DNA of 64,000 nucleotides from Styela clava (taxonomy: Eukaryota), in NCBI RefSeq assembly GCF_964204865.1, contig NC_135256.1, positions 9,486,001 through 9,550,000 on the forward strand, written 5' to 3'. Of this stretch, positions 13,117 to 26,303 are shown piece after piece; positions within the stretch are counted from its first letter, which is position 1; the number at the start of each line of letters is the position of its first letter. The notes beneath the pieces are model-generated. The model ran no database searches. It saw only the letters and a program-made list of their open reading frames with translations, and had not been told where the DNA came from. A program made the position numbers and the translations under genes.

Positions 13117-13833
13117 CTATGAACCTTTCCCCGAGCATCGAATTCCTCGTTTACTTCGTGACATTGGCCAATCAGCAAGATGCAATAAGTGACGTAACAA
13201 AGCTCCCCTTTCGCATCCGCTCAGACACTTTTCTCGCTCAGACAGATTTTCAGGCGTGGTCGTAAACATTCGTGACCGTTCATTTGAACCCACGTACATT
13301 TGAACCCATGACATCCGCGGGTTCAATCTATATACGGGTTCTAAAACCCATGGGTTAGGTTAGTATGGGTTCAAATATCTATAAAACAAAAAAAATGTCC
13401 ATAGGTGCAATAGTATGCAGGTGCAATTGTCGTGGGTTCAAATGTACGTGGGTTCAAATGTAATGGAACCGTAAACATTACCTCGTTTTCGCGTTTTTGA
13501 ACTCTATTCGTTAGTTTTCAGTTGTGTTTCGGAAATTTTAAATATAAATCAGATAATTCAATGATCACCCTATTTTATTTGGAGTTTTAATTTAATTGCA
13601 GTAATAAAAATATTAGTGTAAAAATAGCTGTGATAGGCTATGCTAAAATTCTTTACCGGTACTTTTGAAAATCAGATTGTTGTATGCGGTGAATCATAAT
13701 AATGGTTTGAACAAATACCCCATTTTACAGGCATCAACTCGCGAACCACTCTTAAAATAAACTCCGAAAATTTTGCAATGGTGAAGTACAGGAAGAATTA
13801 TTCGGGGGTCAAAGGTCGGGAAAAGGTCCATAG
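13117..13833. mobile_element. MITE family A, copy 2 (TA-flanked), immediately upstream of FNTA
   Basis: TIRs TGAACCTTTCCCCGA / TCGGGAAAAGGTCCA flanked by TA; contains a 200-bp nested insertion. Confidence 0.85.
13271..13470. mobile_element. Small foldback MITE with 9-10 bp TSD (Mutator-like)
   Basis: Inverted repeat CATTTGAACCCACGTACATTTGAACCC; (C)GTAAACATT duplicated on both sides; absent from the other family A copies. Confidence 0.8.
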
Positions 13834-13967
13834 AACGGAGGAACGGAGATTCGTCATAACGTCGGTAGATGTCAGAAGTGACCTCGCGACTTTCTGCGTC
13901 ACCTTAATACCGTATCTTGCAAGTGAGCTTTCCCAGGCGGTTCATCGTTGTATTTTGGATTGCAAAG

Positions 13968-16900
13968 ATGTCATCATCTTCAGACGACGGGGAGGATTAT
14001 ATATATTACAAGTATGTCTAAACAATTTTTGACCACTGTATTGTTGTAGTGAACATGCAGAATAAGGCTATGAAGAAGAAACTTTGCTTATTACAGTATT
14101 ACAGTATTAGGCCTACTTACAGCTGTACAGACTTAGACTATTGCTACTCACAATTCTTTTTTTCAGAGATCGTCCAGAGTGGAATGATGTAACACCAGTA
14201 CCACAAGATGATGGACCTCACCCAGTTGTACAGATTGCTTACAGTGAAAAATGTATTCCTTCTTTTATTCACTTTTATGGTTACTTTAATTTATCTTTAG
14301 GCCCATCTTTGTTTCTTGATTTTATCTCAAGAATGCTGATAAGAATTTGATTGTTCCCCAGGGCAAATTATATGGCAAACTTAATGGATTGAAGGATCCA
14401 ATTAATATAAATATTCTGATAGGCTATATATTATCCACCTATAGTTATATAATTGTTACCATTTTTACAGTCAAAGATGTCTTTGATTACTTTCGAGCAG
14501 TTTTGAAATCAAACGAAAAAAGTGAACGAGCTCTCGAACTCACAAAAAGTGCGATTGATATGAATCCTGCAAATTACACAGTATGGCAATATAGGTATGC
14601 AATATTTGTAATCAAACTGGTTGGTGTATTATGTAAGGTGTTGGGAACACACTGTTGTCTCAAACCTAATAAATCTGGCCGAGAAATGCTGACTAAATTG
14701 CAATCGAAGTGATGTGCAAGAAGACTTCTTGCCATCAAAAGGTTGTTCTCATAACTTTTTGCAGAGGCTATATGTTATAGCCATTTGTATCCATGAAAGA
14801 ATGCGATTAGGCTTTTTTTAACACCTCTGCTGGAAAGATTTGCCATAAAGCAAGCAAAATACTTTCAGTACAAAATTTTTTTTGAGATTTGAAACATCGC
14901 AGTGGTTGGGAACTGGCTGTTAATTTTGAATGACTAAAAGCCTTATTGGTGGGGATGGGATAGACAAGTTAAGATGACGAAGTTCGTTACAATATCTGTC
15001 ACAGAGGCAGAATGACATCATATTTTGTCAATGGCTAAGATTGTGCATTCTTAAAATTACTTTTAGAGCAATGATATTCATAGTCTTTCAATTTGGATAA
15101 GGCTGATCAAGTGTAGGTGTTGGAGCAAGATGTCCAGAATGGGGTAGCAATACTCCATACGTGTTGATTTTTTTTATAATTGGGATACAATTCTGCCTCA
15201 TCCTGTTCAATTTTGAATAGTTATGCTTTCGTACCTATATTAACCACTTACTCTTTGGCTAAATTATTTTATAATCAATTCTATCATACTTTCAAGATCC
15301 GTTTTGGGGTTGCTATTTTGACTGTGAGATTTCATTGTCATCCTCCAATTGCCAAGTGTTCTTTACTGCAATATTTCGTAAGATGTATTCGGTCTCACCT
15401 CTTTTTACATAGTAGTAATAGTATTTTGATAATTCATACAGTTGTGATTAATGGCATTCTCTCATTTTTATATAGGAGAGTTCTCTTGAAACATTTAAAA
15501 AAGGACATTACAGAAGAAATGAATTTTCTCTCTGGTCTTATTACCGAGCAACAAAAAAATTATCAGGTTTGGCATCACAGACGAGCGCTGGTTGAATGGT
15601 CAGGGGACCCCTCAAAAGAATTAGAATTTACGGCAGAGATTTTGAATTTGGATCATAAAAATTATCATGCATGGCAACATAGACAATGGGTAATAAAAGT
15701 AAGTAAAAGCTTAGCATTATCTTCTGCGTTTATAACAATATTTGTTTGTATATAAAATACATAGAGAATCTGATTACTGCAGATTTTTGTGTGAATGACA
15801 GCATTGCATGAAGAGTTTTATGTCAACTTTTTGAACACAATATAATAATGTTTATTATAAATTTGTTAGACGAGGAAACAATAAATTTCGGAAGTCTCGA
15901 ATTATTGTCTTTAAAATTGAAATTGATCTACTCATTTTGTCAATGATTCTTCTGCCCTGGATACTATTTGATTCAACTGAAATAGAAAAATAAACATACT
16001 TATAGTGGCTGAAAATAAGTTGAAAAATGAAGTTAATAATCTGTTGATAATTAGAAAATCACCTTCCATACATTGCAGGAATATTTATTATGGGAAGGTG
16101 AACTTGATTTTGTGGATTCATTTCTTGAGTCTGATCTTCGCAACAATTCTGCTTGGAATCACAGATATTATGTTGTTTCTCATACTAAAGGATTAACAGA
16201 CGAAGTTGTTAAAAAAGAAATTGAGTAAGATCATACATTTCTCATATTGTAAGTCTGGTTATATTCTGTTTATTGCAGAGGTTCCTGGCCAAAGATTTAT
16301 AGAACACCAAGCGGTAGTGTGATGAACAAGACTCATTCATCCAATTCTCTTGTAATTTCTGAGAGGAAAATCAACATTGAAATTGCATATACGCCGAAAA
16401 TCAATTTACGTAAAACAAACATTTTTTTCCCATTTTTCAATGAACTGTAAGTTATATAACATGCAGTTATACAGTAAAATCAATATAAATACAATATAAA
16501 ATACCACACTAATCTAGAAACGAAACCATGCATTTTGAGAATATGTGTATATGAAGCTAGAATCATGTGTTTTATTTGAGCTCAAATGATGGCGCACTTT
16601 ATAATAAATTCTGAAACAACATTTTTAGATACGTAACAAAAAAGATTGATATGGTCACAAAGAACGAAAGTGCATGGAATTATTTGAGAGGGTGAGTATT
16701 TTTTCAAATTTGCCAGCCAGTAGTTACCATATTGGCACAGAGAGATTTGAAATGAAGCATTATTAATCGCTAATTGTTAACCACTTCGGAATATAGTATA
16801 TTTGAATCATGGGTTTCACCCAAGGTTGCCAAATTTTTCAAACTCATGGCTTGTTCTTGTTGGCATAAGGCGGTTGATTGTCCGGTGCTCTGATACCAGC

Positions 16901-17699
16901 AATATTGTTGTGATTTAGGTTATTGATTATTATTCTTTATTACAGCATTCTTCTCGATCGAGGCTTAACGTGGAGTGAAGAATTAAATAAGAAAATTCAC
17001 TCATGGAGAGGAGAAGGATTGAAGTCCCCTCATCTGTCGGCTTATTTGTTGGATATGTATGAAGAAGAACTAGGAAATAAGAAAACAAATGATGTCAAAG
17101 AAACACTGCACAAAGCGATGGAGGTTGAATTTTTTATTATTTCCTATGTTTTTTATGTATAGTGTGAACTGGACACCACAAAATTCAATGAGTTAATTGA
17201 TATATTTTCAAAAATGGTTTGTGTTGATTTGAATCGGAATGGTGCTCGATTTGTATGTGATATTGAGCTAGGATTTTCGGACTTATTCGAAGAAAGACTT
17301 ACTTGCATGACGCCTGGTTACCAGTCCATGTCAAGAATGGGAATATAATATGAAACAAATATTCAACATTAATTTTGGTTATTCTATCACCATTTATTAA
17401 AGGCTTCTTTAGTCTGAATTTTTCCTGTCGCTGGGGTAATAAAAAAATCAATGCAATACATTATTTTCTTCTTAATTTGGAGAAGACCCTTGACAATCAG
17501 TCACATAATTGTGTAGAACTACCGAGTTTGAAATTGTAGGAACATTTCCAGTTAGTGCAACTTGCCAAATGTAATAATATATTGACCAATCATAAAATTT
17601 CCATAACAGCTATGCAAAGAATTAGCAGAAGACACAGACAAGATCAGACGCAACTACTGGGAATTTTTTTCACGATCTCTAGAAGAACGATATTCATGA
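13968..17699 (+). CDS. FNTA: Protein farnesyltransferase/geranylgeranyltransferase type-1 alpha subunit; 8 exons (13968-14011, 14167-14252, 14471-14594, 15476-15698, 16079-16224, 16629-16691, 16946-17123, 17610-17699)
   Basis: [88 protein letters not shown]; exon phases consistent. Confidence 0.96.
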
Positions 17700-18076
17700 G
17701 AGACTCTTCCAATCGCTGGAGAAGGATGGCTTCTTGCCAATCATCTGAGAATTTAATTCAGAATACACTAATGATCAATTTCGATCCACATATCATGTGA
17801 ACCTTTGAGAATCAAATTTGTTGTGCTCCAGCTGGAGACAGCACATACTTTTATTTGTTTTATAAAGAATCATGCAACGGCTACGTTGTCAGTTCAGTGT
17901 GAACATTGACCAGTAAATGTATCATTGCTCATTGTGTCCAGTTGTGAATTAGCTATTAGGGCCCCAGTTGTTCGACAATATGTAAGTACACTTTGGTACT
18001 GTTATTAATGGGGCAGAAAAGGATTAATGGGGCAATGTGAATTAGGAACTTTTATCATTTATTTTCTATTATGCTA

Positions 18077-18335
18077 GGCGGTGTGACACATCATGCTAAG
18101 CGTTAGAAATACGCTCTCTGTTGCATTTCTGATTAACGCGACACTGGGGATAATAGTGTGTGAGAGGATTGCTAGAATCCTCACCACCGTATGCGGATTC
18201 ACATAGCGGCTGGTCTCTTACCACTTCCCCAACCATCGAGTCAATACATTTGGAACAAATAACTGGCCAACTAATCCCATACCTGACATGGACTGCTAAT
18301 CGGACGAGAGGATGTGGTTCATCATATGATTAAGA
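18077..18335 (+). mobile_element. Diverged tRNA-derived SINE copy
   Basis: Colinear with 48967-49305 (GAGAGGATTGCT, ATCCCATACC, CGGACGAGAGG). Confidence 0.7.
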
Positions 18336-18510
18336 GAATTATCAACTTTTCTACTTCTACACAAAGTTTTCTTACCTGGGTTTTAGTGTTGGTGGAGAAC
18401 CGGTACCTATATTCAGAAAGATGCATTGAATGTGGTTGATATCGGATATTGTACTCTTACCGCGCATTGTTTGATCGATCTAACCTGCGTAGCTTGCAAT
18501 AAATGCTGTA

Positions 18511-19006
18511 TGGACCTTTCCCCGACCTTTGACCCTCGAAAAATTCTCCCTATACTTTACCATTGCAAAATTGTCAGGGCTATTTTAAGAGTGCTTTTGC
18601 GAGTTGGCGCCTGTAAAATGGGGTATGTGTTTCAAACCATCATTATGTTTCATCGCATACAACAATCTGTTTTTTAAAAGTACCGGTAAAGAATTTCAGG
18701 CTAGTCTATCACAGCTATTTCTACACTAACTTTTATTACTGCAATTAAATTCAAACTCCTAGAAAGACAGAGTGATCATTGAATTATCTGATTTTTATTC
18801 AAGTTCCCAAAACACAACTGAAAACTAACGAATAGAGTTCAAAAACGCGAAAACGAGGTAATGTTTACAATCACGCTTGAAAATCTGAGTGAGAAAAGTG
18901 TCTGAGCGGATGCAAAAAGGGGGCATTGTTACGTCACTTTTTGCATCTTGCTGATTGGCCAATGTCACGAAGTAAACAAGGAAGTCGATGCTCGGGGAAA
19001 GGTCAA
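18511..19006. mobile_element. MITE family A, copy 3 (inverted relative to copy 2)
   Basis: Starts TGGACCTTTCCCCGACCTTTGACCC and ends CTCGGGGAAAGGTCAA; reverse complement of 13117-13833 without the nested insert. Confidence 0.85.
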
Positions 19007-19851
19007 TTACGTTATTATACAACAGTAATTTATTTATCTTTTTAAAAAAACATTTCACTCTGTAATACACAGTTTTATTATAGAGGGTTATCATTCTCTG
19101 TAGTTTCATATGCCGCCGCTGGGGCTCGCGGCTGCTGTTTTCCACCTATTTTTCCAAATGATTGATGCTTTTAGGTGAGTGAACCGGTACCACTCTATTT
19201 TGGCAACTCAACTCAAATTCTGTACGTCCAAAAACCTTACTTGAAGTTTTATTTTATCTCCTGGTTCTATCTCCAGTTTTAACCTATATGTTTTTATCAA
19301 TTATTTTATCGTCTGGTACCGGTATGCTGAATATGGTCGAAATAAACTTAACTTCTACCTATACACTCATTAATATTGAACAACGGACTCCGTTCACCCC
19401 TACCTGCATCCCGTGATCCTAAGAAGTCAGCTTCCTATCGATCAGGCTTGACGTTATAAGTCTGTAAGTAATATCCGTTTAGACTTCTTTACTGGTTTGC
19501 TGCGAAACAGAATTGTTGTTCTGTGTACAGTCTCCAACTCGAATACAAGTATCACTAGTGTGACATGGATGAACTTCGTATTTTTGTGTGTCTTGGTAAG
19601 TTTACTTTTTTGCCCAGAAAAATTGAAGGAAAAGGGTACTGCCATCGTACAGGACGGCAATTGGCCATTTTCCTCCAGGAATAAATAAAAAAAAGTTACG
19701 GTACCGGTAACCATAAAATCCGAAAACTGGAAGTTTAAAAACATGAATTGGATTCTTCATATCTGTATATATCATTTATATGTAATCAAAAAAGACAAAA
19801 GAACCCGATACCCCAATCCATGACTTGTGCATAGACTGCTATGGAACATTC

Positions 19852-20305
19852 GGGTCTGGTATAGTTTAGTACGACATGCACTTCTAGTTGGCCTGGCTCA
19901 ACAATTTTTGCATATGTCAATCCTAACCCTCACCTGACTACGTCACCCAAAAATTACGTCATTTTGACGTCACAGTGGCGTAATAATGCCTACCAAAGTA
20001 TGCGAATGGTCGTCCAAAACGCGCAGACGAGCACCCGAAATCGAGCAAGCTATTTCTCTCGTTTTCTCGTCACAACGATCACGATAGGAGAGAGATAGCC
20101 GGCTTTAGCGAGTTCGTTATCGGCGGCGCAGATGTCATTTCGGGCGATCGGAATTATACTTTGGCAAGACCTATGACGTGATGGCGACGTCGTAGTGACG
20201 TAATTTTTGGATGGCATAGTCAAGTGGGGGTTAGGAATAACATATGCAAAATTCGTTATGCTACGCCCACTGGAAGTACCTGTGGTACTAAACTATACTA
20301 CACCC
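19852..20305. mobile_element. Foldback MITE with imperfect TIRs of about 110 bp
   Basis: GGGTCTGGTATAGTTTAGTAC ... GTACTAAACTATACTACACCC, flanked by direct repeat GAACATTC. Confidence 0.8.
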
Positions 20306-21643
20306 GAACATTCAATCTATTTATCAAGCTTGTTTTTTTAGTAACAATTTTTTGTCACTGCTGCACTGTGTTGTTTTTGCAATGAAATTGAACTAGGCCT
20401 ACAGCATTACCGTTTTGCGTCAGGGAGTGTTTTTTTTGTTCCATGTTTTTGTATGAAAAGCACTGTTGTGTTACACATACACGTCTTACATTTATAATTT
20501 AAAAGGTAGAAGTTTATTGCATTCAATTATTTACTTCAATTTGCTGTTTTCGGTAAATTGCTCTCAAAGTACTGCCCGATTGTAAATCGCGTTTTTCTGT
20601 GTTTGTTTTATTCTTTTTTGGTGGGCGGGCACGTACAATGTACGCTTTTTAACTTTTTTAAAGTTATGCCCATCTCCCAGGTATCTCTGCATTTTGTTTT
20701 GTCTGATTACTTTTTGTATTGTTTATGCCAGAGAACCAAAATAAATGACTGATTGATTTATTTGTAAATAAAGTTATTACACAGCCTGTCAGGCTGTGGT
20801 AGTGGTATATACAGATATAGGGTGGCTTAGCTAATTTGCGGCCATCAACTTCATCAATGTAATTAATGTCGAAAAAATTAACACACCGTGACGATATTAC
20901 TCATGCGTTATCGTCCACTTATCCCTCGTAGCTCTGCGAAATTACACTAAAATGCGGCCACAAACAACGAAGTTACGAACTTACGACCTAACACCCGACT
21001 TGAAGAAAAAAAAAACGAACCTTTTTTTTATGTCGCTAACTACCCATTGTCCCTGTAGAAAAGCTTGAAAATTTATAGAAATATAAAGAGAATGAGATAT
21101 AAAGATAAAACTTGTCAGTTGGGTAGAGTTGTGGTACTTTTAACCATCTTTAAAGTTCGCGTTTCTACATTTAAAGAAGGGGGAATGGGCTGGGGGTGCG
21201 CATTTCCAAAAGGTCGATAATATCTTTGTCGACCAATATGCGACCATCATGTTTTTGTGTGTTTGATCGCTGTGATGTGGTGCTTTGTTTATAATTTGGC
21301 GAATTGTGTTTGAAATAACCGTGTTCTTAAAATATTTGACGGTCAGAAATGCAATTAGAAGCCTAATTTTTTCATGCATGGCTGCTTAAACGATTTCCAA
21401 GTCTCAAAATCACTGGTCTTTCGGTCGCAAATACGTCTTCCGAGTATCGTACTCTGGTGGTTTGTATAGATTTAACCCCTGATTTTAGAAAGTTAATTCG
21501 AGTTGTAGTGTGTAGAATAAATGCCCATCACCTACAGTAAAAAAATTAATGGGTTAGAAATATTGGTTTCTATTTTATAGCGGTTTGAATGAAATCGTTC
21601 GCAAACTGGCTGTACCATTCTACTGATATATGGGTACAGTAGT

Positions 21644-24600
21644 ATGGTTATGAAATATTCCATTTGTTTTTCCGCAGCGCTCATTTCAACATGTCTTGGT
21701 GAGTTTTACATTGCAAGTGCACCGAAAACAATGAAGTTTATACCGAGAACTGATCAAACTGTTCGAAGACGCGAACTGCCGGGAATCATCAATTTCATGA
21801 TGGGTTTGCCTGCACAATATTTACATCGCACTGAAACATGGCCAGGTAACGTTGTCGATATGCAATTTCAATTGTTAGTTCAATTTACAAATTGGATGTA
21901 TTTCGACTTTTGATGACGAAACCACATTTTTAAATTGATGCGGTTGTAAATTTTTTTGTGTAGATTTTTTCATTCAGTCACGCTTCCTATATTGTATCAG
22001 ACAAGTAAATCTTTGTTGGCTTTGTAGGTATGGCCTTATGATACACCCCACAATACCATGAGTATCTGAGAATTTCAAGTTGAGATATGATCCAAAGAAT
22101 ATTATCGTGTGTAAATGATTTTGTTGCCAAATACCTGTAAGCGTCAAACATCTCGATTAGAAATCTTTTTCATGCAAATTTGTTCAAAGTAAAGGCATGG
22201 TCCTCCAACTGAAAGTCCACAAAAGACCTAATAGAACATGCTATGTTTGAAAGCGTTATACTAGTTTTTTGGGTTCGCAATGTTTATATAATTTTTTTAA
22301 GGTCTTCAGAGCATTGATTTGTTCAATCCACCAACAGCGAATGTTCTGATAACGTTACATCTTCCAAAAGGGAACGATTTTGCTTTGAGCAAGGTATTTT
22401 TGTTCTATCCATGATATTTTATTGTTTTTAAATATTTTATTCTATAATATGTATCCAGAAATCTTATTTGTGTAAGTGCTTTTTTCACATTTTTTTGTTT
22501 AGATTTTTTAAAATTTCCTTATCCATTTATTACCTTTAGATTTCATGTATTATTTCTATTTTAGCACATCATCAAGTACACAACAGATAATTTGGAGTCA
22601 AGCATTCCACCAATATTTGAAATGAATTCTGCTCTAATTTCTGATTATTCAAGTCAATCTGTCATTCGATCATTTGTGCTGCCTGATCAAGTAAGTTGAA
22701 GACTAGTTGTAATGTTATGCGTGTAGAGTTTATTTACATGTCCATTGATATATATGACTTATTTTTGTCGCTTATGTGTAAAAAAATATTGAGTGTTGAT
22801 TGTGAATAACAATATACTGCATGAAAAAGTAAATATTGAATGAAATTTTTGAGTTTTCCCCTTGTTTTCACATAAATATTTAAAATAAATGAGTTAGTCA
22901 TTCTACTTTTTCTGTGAGCTGCTGTCGACAATAATTTCAATCTTACACTTTACGATAGTGTTTTTTAATACGATTGTAGTTATTGGTATCAAGTTCAAAG
23001 GAATGTAATCATTGTCAAAATATATGCGGAGAAGCCAGAATGTATTGATCAGTTCAATTAATTTACGAATCTTGTATATGCCTAGTGAGAACTTCATAGA
23101 CACTGTGCTTCATACACACAGAGGCAGCTTTAAAATATTCTGCAAGTCGCTATGAAAGTTACTAGAGTGTCTAGAGCAGTGGTTCTCAAACTTTTCAAGT
23201 CGCTCCCCCTTTTTTGAAATTTGTCAAGTCTCGTACCCCACCTCCAAAATAACTAGCTAACAATAAGCTACAAATAACAGATAGAAAGGCGAAAGCATGT
23301 TTTTTTTTAAAAAAACACGATGAAAAAACGTGGATGAAATGTAAATATCTAAAATAAAGAAATGTAAATATCCAAAATAATGCGGTCAGTATGATATCTA
23401 TCGAATATTTTATTTTTAATTAGCTTCGCGCTCCCCACTGGTCTAGATTATATTTTATTTTGCAGACCTTTTAAATAGCCCTCACAGCCACTTTGGGGCT
23501 GGGGCTGGGGCTATATTCATCCAAAATCAACCCCTACATGGTATAATTTGATTGTTACAATTTTTTTTATACTATTTCTTAACCCCCTACATTGATCTGT
23601 ATAGTTTAAAGGCTCAAGCATCGACAGGGCTGATGTTCTTCAAATGAGGAAACGCATCATGGAGGAAGATGCAATTATTCGTTCATTGCCAATAACAATC
23701 ACTTCTTTAAACACAAACAATGATGAAGATTGTCATTTCTTTGGAGAATTACAAATGTTGATGGATGCTGTCACACAGTTGGTATGATATAAAACAAGTG
23801 ATATTCAAATTTTGTTCAATTCATTTAATTTATGAAAGTATTCCATTACCTAATATCATTTTGGTGGTATGATGCAAAGCAATCATTTTGAAATTGTTTT
23901 TCCAAAATTTATCTCGGAGACTGACTTCTTTATTTGTGAGTGAGTTCGTGCGACCTTGCTTTGAGCAAATTTTCTATAGAAATATTCTATTATATAGGGC
24001 ACTTTTCATTTTAATGGATTCATTCGAATCATTCCGAATCAAATGATTCACTTTAATCTACTGTAACTGTAGGAGATCAACTTGCACTGGTATTTTGGAT
24101 TTACCTTTTTCTTGTCTATAGCGTGAAACTGACACTGAAGCGATGCAGAGTGTTCATGTTCTATTAACTTCATTGGATATTTTATCTCAAAGATATGGTC
24201 CCACTTCACCTCAAGTGAAAGAAGCAATCAAATTATTCGAATATTACATTCCTCAGGTGAGCCAGTAGTTTACACTTCTTTAAAAATCGTAGTTCACATG
24301 GAGCTCATTCAGTGTCATTCAGTGTTAGTAGGTTTTTCATAGATAAAACTGCAATTTACTGAAAAAGACAAATTTTTTTTATTTCAGTGAAACCTATTCC
24401 AATACAGATTGGGATGAATCACAATCGGCATTGCATTCTCAGCACAATCTCAAATTTCTTAAAATACTTCCTGCAAAATTCAACATAAAGTTAAACAAAT
24501 CAGCGCCACCCCCGATAATATGACTATTTCCTGCTGTTATATTGTTTATGTAAAGTAGTTCTACTTCTCCTTTTTTGGCATTTGTCTGTATGTTTCTTTC

Positions 24601-25604
24601 AGTTCATTGAATCATTGGAGGGCGTTTATCATGGAAAAGTGTTGTGTGAAGTTGATGTAACTGGTGCTGCTCCCGCTGTATCTGATTATCTGGTGAGATT
24701 CGAATATTTTTTCTGCTGGATAATTGACTGACCCCTGACCCATATTCAAATTTTCTTCAGCATATTATTTTTTTTTTTTTGGAACTATCCAGCTGGTAGG
24801 TAACACTGAGCAGCTTCCACAGGATACATCTATACATTGATATCCAGCATCTGATTGATTAGTTATTCCAATATTCAATCTATATTCAATAACCAAATGA
24901 GAAGCTATCATTTCCAAAATGTCATATGTCTTAGTTTCTTTTCATTTCTCCACCACGATAAATCTTGAAAATTTTATGCCAATTTATTCATAGACTTGAT
25001 TACATTTGAAAAAATACCTAATTTAGTTTTGCGATTGAAATGGTTTATGCTATAGTAATTATGTTGTATATTTTTATATGTATGATACTTGTTTCTAAAT
25101 TTCCTATGAAATCTGTTATTACATCTAAAATTCTGCTGTTATATTTTTGTTCATTGGGGAACGTTTTTATGTCAGCGAAACCGTTGTCTTTCGTTTTGCG
25201 AACTCATTTGTGCCTGGTGGTGAGGCGAATTTTTAAGACTACGGTAGTCTACTGTGGCAGATCGCATACTACTTTGTTCTGGCCTTGGTCTCCATGTATT
25301 TGAGCATCGCTTTCATGTTATTATATATTAATCTTTCATACCACAATATTTGTAGATACGTCATACACGAAGTCTTCAACAAGCCGCTGTTCCTGCGTCA
25401 TCTGGTAATGCAGTTAACTTTACGCAGCTCAACCTTGCAGAACCAAATACTGCAGAATTTGCAGTAATGTTCAGCATCATGCTTTGGCTCATGATTGGGT
25501 TTTTCATTGCTGTCCTTGTTGTAACTTATAACATGTTTTTTATGGACCCAGGCAAGGATAATATTATTTATAGAGTTACTAGCCAGAGGATTAAAATGGA
25601 TTAA
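21644..25604 (+). CDS. ATP6AP2: (Pro)renin receptor / V-ATPase accessory protein 2; 7 exons (21644-21845, 22302-22393, 22565-22690, 23605-23781, 24122-24256, 24603-24692, 25356-25604)
   Basis: Signal peptide; WPGLQSIDLFNPPTANV; furin-type site RHTR; TM helix; C-terminus MDPGKDNIIYRVTSQRIKMD* matches the known ATP6AP2 tail. Start may be 21644 or 21650. Confidence 0.93.
23177..23440. mobile_element. hAT MITE in an ATP6AP2 intron
   Basis: CAGTGGTTCTCAAAC...CCACTG with TSD GTCTAGAG/GTCTAGAT. Confidence 0.75.
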
Positions 25605-26147
25605 AGCAGAGATGAAACAGAAATAGTGGTTATTTGATTGTGGATTGCAGAGTTTTTTGTGTAAAATTGAAATTCAAAGTTGTTTCTTGCGTCGTTATAT
25701 TGAATACTGTGGTTTGTGGTTATTGCTTTCCAGTTGAATTTGACTTCATTGGTTAAAATCGATGTTAAGAATCAAATTTGTTCCTCATGCAGTGAGCCAA
25801 AGTATCCAAGTCAATGCGGTACTTTCATCAAATATTCAATTTTTTCATATTGCCACCTTGGTGTTTGGCATCAAAGTCGCAGGAATTCCTATTATTCATA
25901 GATAGTCAGATCCATTGGTTCTAAAATCGTGAACCTATTATTCTACTGATTGATCCCAAGACTTTCTATGCTCGAAAAGTATTGTAAATATAGTAAACTA
26001 CACTTCGAATAAGCCTTTAGGCAGGCAGTTGTAAGCTTTTCCCATATTGACCAAAATCTTTCAGCTTCGGCATCAACTACCCAATTTATTATGATTTGAG
26101 TGAGTTGATGGGCATGAAACACCGGTGACGATTGATTTGCGGGCTCC

Positions 26148-26303
26148 CTCGTATTATGTGAACCAAGGAAACCGGAACATAGTACGTGGGGAGTCACTTG
26201 GCTAGTCCCCAAACTCGTAATAGAACAAAAATGAGAAAAATTGGACTAAAATTATGTCCTAACCCTAACCTGGTACACATACTACGTTCCGGTGCCCGCC
26301 GGA
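26148..26303. mobile_element. Palindromic MITE family B, internally deleted copy
   Basis: CTCCCTCGTATTATGTGAACCAAG ... CCTAACCCTAACCTGGTACACATACTACG, shared with 30653-30882. Confidence 0.7.

Noticed and set aside
14253-14470. U12-type intron in FNTA (donor GTATTCCTT)
   Set aside because: It deviates from the GTATCCTT consensus and no CCTTAAC branch site is visible near the acceptor.
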